Shown here: positions 19,015 through 30,329 of the stretch, one piece after another
How the letters are laid out: each line of letters starts with the position of its first letter
Numbering within the stretch: the first letter of the stretch is position 1
Virus record (IMG/VR): IMGVR_UViG_3300014039_000016
Span: 8,829-72,828 of that record
Strand: one strand, 5' to 3'
DNA: 64,000 bases
DNA from: a virus
Program-made: the position numbers and the translations under genes
The notes under the pieces: generated by a model
What the model saw: the letters and a program-made list of their open reading frames with translations, nothing else
Databases searched by the model: none
What the model was told of the DNA's origin: nothing

Positions 19015-19053
19015 AGCGGGGTCGGGTTATTATACTCGACCCCGCATTTTTTT
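19015..19053 (+). terminator. Rho-independent terminator (gcggggtcgggt / cgaccccgc followed by T7)
   Basis: A GC-rich stem followed by attttttt. Confidence 0.8.
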
Positions 19054-19072
19054 GTTTATGGGAGGTGAGACA

Positions 19073-20335
19073 ATGCGTAATTATTCTACCCTTTTTACAG
19101 AGGATGAAGTAACATCAATAATAAAAGAATTAGATGATGTTTTTCAAACCGAAGATATTCAACAAATGGGTCAAAAAATTTTAACAAATTTAAAGTCTAT
19201 GCAAGATAAACTTAAAAATTTATTAAAAGATTTAGAGACTCTTGATTCTTTACAAGATGTTCAAAATCAAAAAAAGCAAATTGAAACAAAATGGAAAAAT
19301 GAAGGACATGAGAAAGAAATGACTTCAGCTAAATTGAAAACAGCATTAGGTTCACTCGCATTAAAAAAATCAGATATGAACCAATTTAAAAGTATACAAC
19401 AAGGAACTTCAGCAACATATGGAGCTGTAAATAAAACAATTTCAACGAAGAGAGCGCAAATATATGGAAAAGCCTATGTTTATGTTATGAAAATAAGAGA
19501 AATACTTACTGACCAAAAAGTAGATTACCATATTTATGCAAAAACAGATGGCGGCGATACGATTTTAGTAGAATTAGATGATTATGAAGTTTTATACGCA
19601 ATGAAAGAAAATGATGACAAAATCGGAGTGGCTTGTTATACTGCTTTAAATGCAATTAATGAAGCTAAAATGAAGAACAATGCACAACTTCGCGAAAAAC
19701 AATCAGGGTTAAATGAACAAGCAAAAAAAGGTTTTGACTTATTTAAACAAGCTGTAGATAAAAAAGTCTTAGTAGAAACCAAAGTAGAAGATGAAAACGG
19801 TAGAATGAAAACGATGTACCAAGTTGCGTATAATGGTAATAAAAAATGGTATAAAGATAAAGACCTGTCTGATGAAAAAGCAAAATTTAATAAGGGACAT
19901 TTCTTTGAAGCTTTTGATATAATTGCTTCAAAAATGACAAGAAATCAAACTTTTGGGTCGATAAAATATAATAATGTTATAAATAATTTGGAACATGATA
20001 ATGTAGATGCATGGGCTGGCGGAGATAATGCTGAAGATTTTTATTTACAACATTCTGTTAAAGCTATTATAGGACAATCTAGTGCTACTATTAAATCATA
20101 TAAATCTGTTCAGAATATCCTTAATATTCTTATAAATTTAATAGATGGTATAACTACAAAAGACTTTTCAAAAGAAGAAATTAAAAAACAATTAGAAAAG
20201 AATTTCTTTGATAAAAATAAATATGATGCTTTAGGAAAAACAACTACAGCAATGAATAAGGATGTAGAAAAAGCAGTAGATAGAATGTTAGAAATATTTA
20301 CACCACGACAAGTTGACAATTCAAAAAAAATATGA
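19073..20335 (+). CDS. Hypothetical Lys/Asn-rich protein of about 420 aa, lying between the tail tube gene and the chaperone gene
   Basis: A GGAGGTGAG RBS. The start was reassigned to the internal ATG. Confidence 0.5.
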   Translation: MRNYSTLFTEDEVTSIIKELDDVFQTEDIQQMGQKILTNLKSMQDKLKNLLKDLETLDSLQDVQNQKKQIETKWKNEGHEKEMTSAKLKTALGSLALKKSDMNQFKSIQQGTSATYGAVNKTISTKRAQIYGKAYVYVMKIREILTDQKVDYHIYAKTDGGDTILVELDDYEVLYAMKENDDKIGVACYTALNAINEAKMKNNAQLREKQSGLNEQAKKGFDLFKQAVDKKVLVETKVEDENGRMKTMYQVAYNGNKKWYKDKDLSDEKAKFNKGHFFEAFDIIASKMTRNQTFGSIKYNNVINNLEHDNVDAWAGGDNAEDFYLQHSVKAIIGQSSATIKSYKSVQNILNILINLIDGITTKDFSKEEIKKQLEKNFFDKNKYDALGKTTTAMNKDVEKAVDRMLEIFTPRQVDNSKKI

Positions 20336-20370
20336 TATACTATAATTAAGAAATAAAAGGAGGGCTAATA

Positions 20371-20898
20371 ATGCCAAGTTTTAAAGAGTTAGATATATCA
20401 ATAAATTCTGATTTATATTACGAGGGAGCAACTATAAATAATCACCCTATAAAAGTAAAACAATATATTCCTATTGAAGAGAAAATAGAGATTGCAACAA
20501 ATGTATTAAAAAATTCTTTTGATGAAAAGAATAGTTTTGCCAATCCTTTTAAAGTATCTGTTTATTTTGCTTTAGAGGTTGTATATCATTATACAGATAT
20601 CTTCTTTACAGATGAAGAAAAAGAAGACCCTACTAATTTATATAATATTCTTGAAAGTAATGATGTTATAAGTGCAATTATTTCATTAATACCAAAAGAT
20701 GAATATGATTATTTAAAATCAACCACAGATGAGTTAATTAAAAATTTTTATACTTATCGTAATTCTGTTTTAGGTATTTTAGAAGCTGTTAACGAAGATT
20801 ATGCTACTACACAGGCAGATTTAGATAATATCATTAAGGAAGTTGAAGACCCTAATTCATTAGGATTATTAAAAGAAATTATGACAAAATTGGGCTAA
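20371..20898 (+). CDS. Tail assembly chaperone (gpG-like), assigned by position
   Basis: A small acidic protein immediately upstream of the TMP gene. Confidence 0.4.
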   Translation: MPSFKELDISINSDLYYEGATINNHPIKVKQYIPIEEKIEIATNVLKNSFDEKNSFANPFKVSVYFALEVVYHYTDIFFTDEEKEDPTNLYNILESNDVISAIISLIPKDEYDYLKSTTDELIKNFYTYRNSVLGILEAVNEDYATTQADLDNIIKEVEDPNSLGLLKEIMTKLG

Positions 20899-20956
20899 AA
20901 TGTTCTATCGGTTCATAAGTTTCTCGAAATATTTTAGAAAAAGAAAATTATAATGG

Positions 20957-20990
20957 GAATGTGATATTCGTATCGCATTCCCATTTTTTA
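20957..20990 (+). terminator. Terminator or attenuator (gggaatgtgata / tatcgcattccc followed by T6)
   Basis: A 12-bp stem with one G-U pair, followed by attttttag. Confidence 0.65.
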
Positions 20991-21015
20991 GTATAGAGAA
21001 AAAGGAGAAAAATGA

Positions 21016-24000
21016 ATGGCAGGAAGAAAAAGAATTGATATTGATATAGGTTTCAATACCGATACCTCAAGAGCAAAAGCTCAAATTCAAGATTTACAGA
21101 AACAGATAGTTAATTTATCAGTTGCCGCAAAACAGAATACAGCAACTAATACTTTATCTTCTGATATTTCCAAAGCTGTAATAGAAGCTAGTAAATTAAA
21201 TGGTATATTATCACAATCAATGACTTTCAAGGGAGATAATCTTGACTTATCTAAATTTGTTACAAACTTAAATAAGTCTGGTACTACTATTTCTCAAGTT
21301 CGTAAGAATTTAGAATCATTAGGTCCTCAAGGTCAAAAAGCATTTACATCTTTAGCGCAATCTATTATGTCTGCGGAAGTTCCTTTAAGACAGTCTGAAG
21401 GACTTTTAAAGAGTTTTTCTACTACTCTTACAAATAGTGCGAAATGGACTGTAGCTTCAGGTGCCGTTCATCAAGTACAGACAGAATTTAGTAAAGCTTT
21501 TGAATATAGTAGAAAGCTTGATAAATCATTAAATGAAATTAGAATAGTATCTGGAGAAAGTTCAGATAATATGGCTAAATTTGCTAAACAAGCAAATGAA
21601 TCTGCCAAAGCTTTAAATACAACAACAACTGCATATACAAATGCGGCATTAATCTTCTATCAGCAAGGTCTTGATACTGCCGCAGTTAAAGAGCGTACTG
21701 ATGCAGTTACAAAGATGGCAAGTGTTACAGGAGAGACTGCTGCAGATGTATCTTCTTACATGACTGCTATTTGGAATAACTTTAATGATGGTTCAAAAAG
21801 CGTAGAATATTTTGCAGATGTTCTTACTGCATTAGGTGCGGCAACTGCATCTAGTACAGATGAAATCGCAGAAGGTCTTGAAAAGTTTGCTTCTATTGGT
21901 AATACTGTAGGTTTATCATATGAATATGCTACTTCTGCTCTTGCAACTGTTGTTGCAGAAACTCGTCAGTCCGCAGATACTGTAGGTACTGCATTTAAAA
22001 CATTATTCGCGCGTATCCAGGACTTAGAGTTAGGCAATACATTAGATGATGGAACAACATTAGGTCAGTATTCTAAGGCTCTTGAAGCTATTGGGGTAAA
22101 TATCAAAGATTCAAAGGGCGAAATTCGTGATATGGACGATATCTTAGACGATATGGGTTCTAAATGGAAGACTATCTCTAAGGATACTCAGATTGCGGTT
22201 GCACAAGCAGTTGCAGGTACTCGTCAGTATAGTCAATTAATTGCCTTAATGGATAAGTGGGATGTTTTCCAAGAGAACTTAAATACAGCTAAAGGTGCGG
22301 AAGGTTCTTTACAACAGCAAGCTGATATTTATGCAGAATCATGGGATGCCGCATCTAAGAAAATAAAAACTTCATTAGAAGAAATTTATTCAAATCTTAT
22401 TGATAGTAAAACTATGGTTGATTTAATGAAATTCCTTAGTAAAGCTATTGAAGGTTTTGGTCATTTTGTTGATTCTGTTGGTGGAGTTAGAACTGCTTTT
22501 ATTTTATTAGCAAATACTATAATTTCTAATCAAGGTCCTCAAATAAGCAAATATGTTGATAAAGTTGTTGATAACTTTAAAATCAAATTTGGTATTATGG
22601 GCAAAGAGATTGAGGCAACTAGAGAGAAAGCTCAAAAAGAATATAAAGCTATGATTGCAGGAATGGATATAAAGACTCCAGAAGACCGTGCACAAGTAGC
22701 TAATATGAAAGCAAATTATGATATTGAAAATGCTATTTTTGAGAAGAAAAAAGAGTTAGCCAAAATAAATGCAAATTTAACTGAATCTCAAATAGAACAA
22801 ATAGCCAATGAAAAAGCTCAATTAAAACAATTAACAGAAGAAGCTGAAGTTACAGCTCAGATTTATGATACTAAAAATAAAGCTAGACATGCTGCGTCTG
22901 ACGATATTTCATCTATTGGTCAGAGATTTAAAAGCACTAATTTATCTTTAGACAATGTAGACAGTAAAAAAATTCGTGAAAAAATTACTTCAGAAGTAAA
23001 TAAAGCTTATTATGCAAAAAATTTACCTGAGAATACTTTACAAGAGCTTTATGCAAAAAAAGTATTATTAGGTGAAGCAGATGAATTACCTAGTGAATAT
23101 TATCTTAGTCAAAACTATAAAGGTATAGATAAGACTAGAGCAAGAAATAGCCGCTATTGGGATATGATACATCAAGTTGACCCTGCAGATGAGAATGGTA
23201 ATTATAGATTCTCAGAAAAAGAACGAAGACCAACAAATAGTGCAAATATTAATAAAGCGGTATATAAATCATACCTTGAAAAATATCGGGATACTAAAAA
23301 GTTAGCTGAAGGTATGGTTAATCCTAATTTTGATGAAGAAGCACAGGAAGCTCTTCAGAATCAATTTTTTGAAGACTACAATGCTGCAGAATTAGCATAT
23401 GCTGGAAATGAAACTAATATTTCTACTAGTAATAAAGTTTTAAATTTATTTGATATGAATAAAGTTAAATCAGGTAAGTTTTCTTTAAAAGATATGCAAG
23501 AAACATTATCTACTCTTTATAATTCTTCAAATGAAAATAAGCGAATGATTGATGACCTTATGAAGTTAAATGAATATAAAAAAGAAGGTAATATTAAAAA
23601 ACTTATTACTGGTCAGAATGTAGCAGGTGTAGATAAAACAGACTATGCTCATATGCTACAGATGATTGAAAATAATAGAACGAGTTATCTTACAAATCGT
23701 GATACTCTTAGCGGTAATCTCAGAGGCGTTTTACAAAATTATGGTTTTGAAGCTACAGATGTTACAAAGATATCTGATGCGCTTGATGAACAACATAAAG
23801 CAATAGAGGCTTCAGATAAGTCTTTAGCAGATTATGTAAAATCTTTATTAGATGTTCAAAATCATTCTAAATCAGTAGTTGACTCTATTAATGAGATGGG
23901 ATTTTCTGTAGGTAGTATCGGCGAGAATTTTGCTAATGGTGCAAATGCTATGAGTAATTTCGCGATGACTGCTAATAGTGCTTATTCTGTTTTTGAATCT

Positions 24001-27000
24001 ATAGAAGAATTATTCTCTGGAGATTTAAAATTAAGTATTGGTTCTATAATTGGACTTTTTACTCAATTAGGTTTTAGTGTGTCTGGTTTTCTTCAAACAA
24101 AGAAATCATTTAATCAATTTTCAAATATGCTTTCAGGAACTATTGGAAATAGAGCCACTTTAAAAGACCAAAAAGCATTAGAAGATAGAAAATATAATTT
24201 AGCAGAAACAAAAGATAATATTGATGCTTCATTTAAAGAATATCTTGAAAAGAAAAGTACATTTGGAAAAGATAAAGGCAAACAAAAGAGATTATCAGAT
24301 TTTACAAGTCTTATAGGTGAAAGTCAAACAATTGATTTGCCAGACAATTTATCTAAGATGAGTGTTGATGAAAGAAAAGATTGGCTTTCTAAAATAAGTG
24401 GCGCGAAAATTGATTCACAATATAGAACTAGAGATTCTAGACTTACAGGAATTACAAAGGGTCTTATTACAAATGATGATGAATGGGCAAACTTTACTGA
24501 AAGTTTGAAGCAGAGAAAAGCTGCTGCGCAAGAAGAACAAGATATTGTAGCAACAACTCAAGCAGTTGAAGGTCGTGGAATTCAAATCGCAAGTAAAGTT
24601 TCAAAGGCTATGGGTGCGATTGGTATCGCGGTTCAGGTTGCAACAACAGCGTATGCCGCTTATAATCTTATTCATAAAGCAGTTGTAGCTAATTTACAAA
24701 AAGAAGCAGAAGAAAGTCTTAGAGTAGCACAAAATACAACAGAAAAGACAAAACAATATAAAGAAGAATCAGATAAAGTTAGTGAATTAAAGAAAGCTTA
24801 TGATGAATTATATAATAAATATAATGATGGAGAATTATCAGCTTCTGCATTAAAGAGACAAAGTTATGACCTTTGTATGCAATATGGTGAAGAAGAGCTT
24901 GCAGTAAAAGCATTAAGTGGAGAGTATAAGAGTCTTGAAGAGGCTATGAAGTCTATTGAAAGTAAAAAGACAGAGAAAACACTTAATTCTGCAAAACAAG
25001 AACAGAAAAACTATGAAGTAGCTCTTAGAGACCAATTAAGTGCAAGTGCCGAAGAAGACGCGGGTAGAAGAGATTTTGTTAATGGAACTGAGACTATTGA
25101 CTTAAGAGGTATGGTTGCAAGAAATTCTAAAGAAAAGAATTTAGCTAGTCAACTTCAAGAATTAGGAGTTCAATTCCTTACAAATGATAAGATTAGTCTT
25201 CAAAGTTTAGCTACTGCAATTAAGACAGATGCAGAAGCAGTTCAATCTGTATTGAATGATTCTGATACTACTGCGGCAAAACAATTAAGACAATATTTAT
25301 CAAGTGCAAAAGACCAGATTGATGGCTTAACAGAATCTATAGATACTGCGCACGAAGCACAAAAGACTATGATTGTAGATGCTCAAAACTTTGATGCTAT
25401 TGATTCTATTGAAGACTATACTACAACATGGCGGAATATGGTTCATGAAGCATTGAGTAAAGGTGTTTATGATTCTATTGAAGATGCTTCAAAATGGGCA
25501 AACTCATATATGTCTGCTATTGATAGTATAAAAGAATATGCTCAAACTGCAACAGTTGCTGATACTATTATGTCTAACACTTCTAAAGATATATTTAAAG
25601 ATATTCAAAATCAGAAGAATGAAATTGATTATACAAGTATTGAAGAGTGGGCAGCAGAGAAGTATGGCGCAGAAGTTCATTATATGAATGTAAAAGACCT
25701 TACTGATGAATTTGAACAAGAAAAAGCAGCAAAGAAAACTGGATTAGAATTAAATAGCTTACAATACTATGAATCTATGACGAAAGCCTTAAATAATTAT
25801 TCTACTTATGAGCAAAGTTTCTTTAGTGATAATTTTTCTCAGTTGCTTAGTGAAGCAATGGAGAAAAACAACAATAATACAGAAAAAGCTTTAGCTTCAT
25901 TAGCAGAAAAGCTTCCTAATGTATTTGAAGGAAGTGCAGAAAAAGGTGAAGCTGATTATGCACAAACTTTAATTGATGGTTTAATTACTGATAAAACAGA
26001 ATTAACAGATAAACAAAAGAAACAAGTTCTTAATACTCTTGATTTTTCAGGTGTTACATCTGAAGGCGTATCAGTTGATGAAAAAACTTTAAATAATATG
26101 GATTATTCTTCTCAAGCTACTCTTATGGCAGCCTTTTATGGCGAGAAGTTAAAATTGATTGAAGAGACTGGTGATGCCGCAAGAGAAGAAGCTCAGTTAG
26201 AAGCTGAGACATATAAGAAAACATATGAATCTCAAATAAATGATTATAAAGATGCTCAAAAAGAGTTAGAATTATTATCAGAAGACTCAGATGCTAATTT
26301 CACTCAAGAGGATATTACTAAATTAGTTGATAAATTTAATGGCAATGATTTAAGTGGTCTTAATGATGATACTATTAAGAACTTAAAAGAGGTTATGGCT
26401 AGTCAAGGTTATGGAAGTGATAATAATGATGTTATAGACTTCTTTAAAAAGCTTAGTAATAAGAAATATGCAGACCAATTAGAGAAACTTGATGATTTAG
26501 TTAAAGACCTTACTGTTGATTCAGATGATTGGAATAAAGTTGTTAAAGCTGGGGAGAAAGCACAAGAGGCTAATAGTAGTGTTATTGATGATATTCAAGC
26601 TGGATATAAGACTTTAACATCTGCCATGAAGGATTATAATGCTAATGGTTACTTTACTATGGATAATCTTCAAGCTATTCTTGAACTTGAACCTAAATAT
26701 CTTTCAGCATTAGAGTGGGATGGAAGTCAATTTAAGTTAAACACTGCTGACTTAAAAGAGATGACTAAAGCTAAACTTGCGGATATGGCAGTAAGTCAAG
26801 CAAGAATTACTGTAGCTAAGGTTGAATCTATTTTATCAAGTGATAATGTAGTTAATGCGGCTATGGAACTAGAGATGACTCAAAAGTTGACTACATCAAC
26901 AATGAGTTATGCAGAGACTTTAATTGCAGAAGCTAGAGGTTTAGCTGCTGCAAATACAGAGCTTCAAAATAATGCCGCAGCAATGCAACAAGTTACCATG

Positions 27001-30000
27001 TACATTGATGCGCAGGAAAATGCAATTGCCGCAATAGGTAATGTTTATGATAATATAGACGCGCATTTTGATAAGATTATGGGTAGTTCTGCTTCATCTT
27101 CAAAGAAGAAATATTTTGAAGATGAGTTCGATAGATATTGGGAGTTTAAGAAGGCTATTGATGAAGTTGCTCATGCAATGGAGCGCCTTGAAGATGAACA
27201 AGATAATTTATATGGACAAGAATTAATTGATAATCTTAATCAAGTAAATGATTTATTAGTAACTCAAAAAGCTAACTATGAAGCTTTATATGAAGCACAA
27301 AAAGTTGAAGCAGAAGAGTTAAGAAGTTCATTAAGTGCATATGGTGCATTATTTGATGAAGAAGGTCGTCTCACAAACTACGCAGATATTACGACATCTA
27401 TGTTTGCTCAGTATGGTAATGTTGATGATTCAGAAACATATGAAGAATTTAAAAAGTATCTTGAGAGATATGATACTCTTTATTATTCTGAAATGGTTGA
27501 TACTACGGATAAGATTGTAGAAGAATCTAAGAAGATACTTGAGAATAATCTTAAGATTTGGGAAACAGATATTCAGATTAATTTAGATTTAAAACAAGCT
27601 GAAAGAGACTGGAATGATTTCTTAAAAGAGATTAACAGAAACTTTAAATCAACATTTAGTGACGCAGGACAAGAGATTGAGTATGCTTTAAAGAAAGCTC
27701 AAACATTTAACTTAGATGATGGAACTCTTGCGAGTGATATTCAGAAAGTTGAAAATATTAATTATGAGATAAATCAATTACAAAATGGCGGAACTAGTGA
27801 TTTATTTAGCTCTTTATCAGAAGCAGAAAATGCTTTAAAAGAAGCTAATAAGACACTTCAAGATGATGCTGAGGAATTATTCTCAACATACGAAGAAGGT
27901 TGGAACGCTTATTTAGAATATATTGATGATGTAGGAACTCATCTTGATAATATCAATAAAAAATATGAAGAATTAAATGAAGAACTTGAACATCAAGCTA
28001 ATTTAATTAGTCTTTTATACGGAGATACAGCTTATGATAAACTTGCTAAATTATATGACACTCAACAAAAGAGTAATTTAGCTCAATTAAAATCTTTAAG
28101 ACAGCAGACAGACTTTTATCAAGCACAATATGAAAAAGCTGTTCAATTAGATGGCGAAGATAGTAAGTCCGCAGAGAAGTGGCTTGAAAAGAAGAGACAG
28201 GCTATGCAGGACCTTCGTTCAGAAGAAGAGACTTACATTAAGACTATTCAAAGTAAATATAATAATACTATTGATAGTATTATTCAAAAAGCTAGAATGG
28301 CTACAAATGGCGGAGTTGATACTGATTGGGCTAGAACTATGTATGATTTAACAAAGACTAAATCAGAAGGTAACTATGATGATGTTGAAAGAGTATATCA
28401 ATTAACTTCATTACAGTCTAAGTGGAATAAATTAATTGCGGATACCACAGGAACTAAGAATCAAGAGAAATTAAAGAAGATTATGGATGAGCAATTAGCT
28501 AATCTTGAAAAGAAAGCTACTTTAACAGAATATGATATTGGTCTCGCGGAAAAGGCACTCGCAGTAGAGCAAGCTAGAATAGCACTTGAGCAAGCTCAAA
28601 ACTCAAAAGATAGTATGAAACTTACTAGAAATGCAGAAGGTAATTGGTCTTATCAATATGTAGCAGATGAAGATAATGTTGCGGAAAAACAACAAGATTT
28701 ATTAGATGCTATTAATGATAAGTATGAATATGTTAAATCCGCAAACCAACAAGCTTTAGAAGATTTACTCCAATATGAAGAAGACTTCTGGAATAAGTAT
28801 GCGGAGATTATGAAAGATGTTTCTTTATCTGATGAAGAAAGACAAAGTAGAATAGCTCAACTTTATGATATGTATTATGGAGAAGAAGGTATTCTTACTC
28901 AAGCTTATCAAGATTCTGCGCAAACACAACAAGATTTAAACCTTGTTACAGCAGAGCAGTTATGGGCGATTTATGAATCAGACCAAGAGAAGTATGCTAC
29001 CATGACTGCCGCAGAACAAGAATTAATAGATGGTTTAAAGAACGGAACTATTAAATCTTATGAAGATATACAAGAAGCTGGTCAAAGAGTTAATGATGAA
29101 AGTCTTGACTATTGGAATACAACTGCACAAGCTATGGCAGACGCATGGAACGCAGATGACGGAATGAGTATTAAATCTCAAGTTAATGAAGCATTAAAAG
29201 ATTGCTCAACCGCATTAGCTGATTATGGCGCAGATGTAGATGTAGGATGCGCAGCCGCAGGTGAAGATTTTACAGATGTAGGTAATGCAATAGATGATGT
29301 ATCTAATGCTATTGACGACTTAGATGGAACAACTGAAGATTATATTGATAATGCAGAAAAATTAATTGATGATTATATAGATAGTTTAAAAGAGTTAGAA
29401 TCTCAATGGAAAGAAGTTAAGTCTATTGTTGAACAAAATATTGAAACTATGAAGAAGTATGAGCTAGCTGCAAAGAGTGCTTCTACTGCTTATAGTCCAG
29501 CTGCTGCAACACCATCAAGTGGAGGTAGCGGAGGTGGAAGTGCAACTGATATTGCAGATAATAATCCTCCGGAAGAGACAGTCCATTATTATTCTGTAGA
29601 TACTGCACCAGATGGAGATGGCTTAGTAGTAACAGTATATGAAAGAACAGGAAATAGTGAAAAAGCAATAGGACGAGATGGGGAAGAACCAAAAGATTAT
29701 AAAGACCATAGAATCAGTTCTGTTTGGGAAGCTAGAGATTATATAAATCAAGTTTTATCCGATAATGGATATGATGAAGAATTAGACCCTAATGTAAATG
29801 TCCAAACAAGTGGTTATAAATATTATTTAGATAATGCACGAGTAAATACATATTCTTTTGATACTGGCGGTTATACAGGAGAATGGGATAATTCAGGCAG
29901 ACTTGCGATATTACATCAAAAAGAATTAGTTTTAAACAAGGATGATACAGAAAACATTCTTAATGCAGTTGAATTTGTTCGTGGAATTGCAAGCTCTATA

Positions 30001-30225
30001 GGAGCTTCATTATTATCTCAACTTGCGGGAATGACAAATGCTACTTCTAGTATTCGTCCTGTTAGTGCCGATTACTTATCTTCTAGTGTTAGTAATGCTT
30101 CTAATAATAATGTTTACAATGTTACTGCGGAATTCCCTAATGCAGAAAGTGTTCAAGATATTAGAGAAGCTTTATTAAGTTTACCTAATTTAGTTAGCCA
30201 AAAAGTTAATGAAAAAAATATTTAA
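21016..30225 (+). CDS. Tail tape measure protein, 3069 aa
   Basis: The N-terminal region matches the conserved TMP core (…AAVKERTDAVTKMASVTGE…FKTLFARIQDLELG…AVAQAVAGTRQYSQLIAL). It has a long coiled-coil and a Gly-rich hinge near the C-terminus. Confidence 0.9.
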   Translation: MAGRKRIDIDIGFNTDTSRAKAQIQDLQKQIVNLSVAAKQNTATNTLSSDISKAVIEASKLNGILSQSMTFKGDNLDLSKFVTNLNKSGTTISQVRKNLESLGPQGQKAFTSLAQSIMSAEVPLRQSEGLLKSFSTTLTNSAKWTVASGAVHQVQTEFSKAFEYSRKLDKSLNEIRIVSGESSDNMAKFAKQANESAKALNTTTTAYTNAALIFYQQGLDTAAVKERTDAVTKMASVTGETAADVSSYMTAIWNNFNDGSKSVEYFADVLTALGAATASSTDEIAEGLEKFASIGNTVGLSYEYATSALATVVAETRQSADTVGTAFKTLFARIQDLELGNTLDDGTTLGQYSKALEAIGVNIKDSKGEIRDMDDILDDMGSKWKTISKDTQIAVAQAVAGTRQYSQLIALMDKWDVFQENLNTAKGAEGSLQQQADIYAESWDAASKKIKTSLEEIYSNLIDSKTMVDLMKFLSKAIEGFGHFVDSVGGVRTAFILLANTIISNQGPQISKYVDKVVDNFKIKFGIMGKEIEATREKAQKEYKAMIAGMDIKTPEDRAQVANMKANYDIENAIFEKKKELAKINANLTESQIEQIANEKAQLKQLTEEAEVTAQIYDTKNKARHAASDDISSIGQRFKSTNLSLDNVDSKKIREKITSEVNKAYYAKNLPENTLQELYAKKVLLGEADELPSEYYLSQNYKGIDKTRARNSRYWDMIHQVDPADENGNYRFSEKERRPTNSANINKAVYKSYLEKYRDTKKLAEGMVNPNFDEEAQEALQNQFFEDYNAAELAYAGNETNISTSNKVLNLFDMNKVKSGKFSLKDMQETLSTLYNSSNENKRMIDDLMKLNEYKKEGNIKKLITGQNVAGVDKTDYAHMLQMIENNRTSYLTNRDTLSGNLRGVLQNYGFEATDVTKISDALDEQHKAIEASDKSLADYVKSLLDVQNHSKSVVDSINEMGFSVGSIGENFANGANAMSNFAMTANSAYSVFESIEELFSGDLKLSIGSIIGLFTQLGFSVSGFLQTKKSFNQFSNMLSGTIGNRATLKDQKALEDRKYNLAETKDNIDASFKEYLEKKSTFGKDKGKQKRLSDFTSLIGESQTIDLPDNLSKMSVDERKDWLSKISGAKIDSQYRTRDSRLTGITKGLITNDDEWANFTESLKQRKAAAQEEQDIVATTQAVEGRGIQIASKVSKAMGAIGIAVQVATTAYAAYNLIHKAVVANLQKEAEESLRVAQNTTEKTKQYKEESDKVSELKKAYDELYNKYNDGELSASALKRQSYDLCMQYGEEELAVKALSGEYKSLEEAMKSIESKKTEKTLNSAKQEQKNYEVALRDQLSASAEEDAGRRDFVNGTETIDLRGMVARNSKEKNLASQLQELGVQFLTNDKISLQSLATAIKTDAEAVQSVLNDSDTTAAKQLRQYLSSAKDQIDGLTESIDTAHEAQKTMIVDAQNFDAIDSIEDYTTTWRNMVHEALSKGVYDSIEDASKWANSYMSAIDSIKEYAQTATVADTIMSNTSKDIFKDIQNQKNEIDYTSIEEWAAEKYGAEVHYMNVKDLTDEFEQEKAAKKTGLELNSLQYYESMTKALNNYSTYEQSFFSDNFSQLLSEAMEKNNNNTEKALASLAEKLPNVFEGSAEKGEADYAQTLIDGLITDKTELTDKQKKQVLNTLDFSGVTSEGVSVDEKTLNNMDYSSQATLMAAFYGEKLKLIEETGDAAREEAQLEAETYKKTYESQINDYKDAQKELELLSEDSDANFTQEDITKLVDKFNGNDLSGLNDDTIKNLKEVMASQGYGSDNNDVIDFFKKLSNKKYADQLEKLDDLVKDLTVDSDDWNKVVKAGEKAQEANSSVIDDIQAGYKTLTSAMKDYNANGYFTMDNLQAILELEPKYLSALEWDGSQFKLNTADLKEMTKAKLADMAVSQARITVAKVESILSSDNVVNAAMELEMTQKLTTSTMSYAETLIAEARGLAAANTELQNNAAAMQQVTMYIDAQENAIAAIGNVYDNIDAHFDKIMGSSASSSKKKYFEDEFDRYWEFKKAIDEVAHAMERLEDEQDNLYGQELIDNLNQVNDLLVTQKANYEALYEAQKVEAEELRSSLSAYGALFDEEGRLTNYADITTSMFAQYGNVDDSETYEEFKKYLERYDTLYYSEMVDTTDKIVEESKKILENNLKIWETDIQINLDLKQAERDWNDFLKEINRNFKSTFSDAGQEIEYALKKAQTFNLDDGTLASDIQKVENINYEINQLQNGGTSDLFSSLSEAENALKEANKTLQDDAEELFSTYEEGWNAYLEYIDDVGTHLDNINKKYEELNEELEHQANLISLLYGDTAYDKLAKLYDTQQKSNLAQLKSLRQQTDFYQAQYEKAVQLDGEDSKSAEKWLEKKRQAMQDLRSEEETYIKTIQSKYNNTIDSIIQKARMATNGGVDTDWARTMYDLTKTKSEGNYDDVERVYQLTSLQSKWNKLIADTTGTKNQEKLKKIMDEQLANLEKKATLTEYDIGLAEKALAVEQARIALEQAQNSKDSMKLTRNAEGNWSYQYVADEDNVAEKQQDLLDAINDKYEYVKSANQQALEDLLQYEEDFWNKYAEIMKDVSLSDEERQSRIAQLYDMYYGEEGILTQAYQDSAQTQQDLNLVTAEQLWAIYESDQEKYATMTAAEQELIDGLKNGTIKSYEDIQEAGQRVNDESLDYWNTTAQAMADAWNADDGMSIKSQVNEALKDCSTALADYGADVDVGCAAAGEDFTDVGNAIDDVSNAIDDLDGTTEDYIDNAEKLIDDYIDSLKELESQWKEVKSIVEQNIETMKKYELAAKSASTAYSPAAATPSSGGSGGGSATDIADNNPPEETVHYYSVDTAPDGDGLVVTVYERTGNSEKAIGRDGEEPKDYKDHRISSVWEARDYINQVLSDNGYDEELDPNVNVQTSGYKYYLDNARVNTYSFDTGGYTGEWDNSGRLAILHQKELVLNKDDTENILNAVEFVRGIASSIGASLLSQLAGMTNATSSIRPVSADYLSSSVSNASNNNVYNVTAEFPNAESVQDIREALLSLPNLVSQKVNEKNI

Positions 30226-30230
30226 AAAAT

Positions 30231-30259
30231 GGGGCAGGAAACTGCCCCAATATTTTTTT
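30231..30259 (+). terminator. Rho-independent terminator (ggggcag gaaa ctgcccc followed by T7)
   Basis: Direct reading. Confidence 0.8.
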
Positions 30260-30329
30260 GGTCAGTTTTAAATAATTTTGCCCAAAGAAAAATTAATTAT
30301 TGTAAGAGATTAAAAGGAGGTTTTACAGA

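Noticed and set aside
22507-29692. Small antisense and alternate-frame ORFs inside the TMP gene (22507-22695, 25504-25719, 27335-27520, 28151-28351, 29483-29692)
   Set aside because: They are fully embedded in a confidently coding 9.2-kb gene, they have no RBS and their low-complexity translations are typical of AT-rich shadow ORFs.
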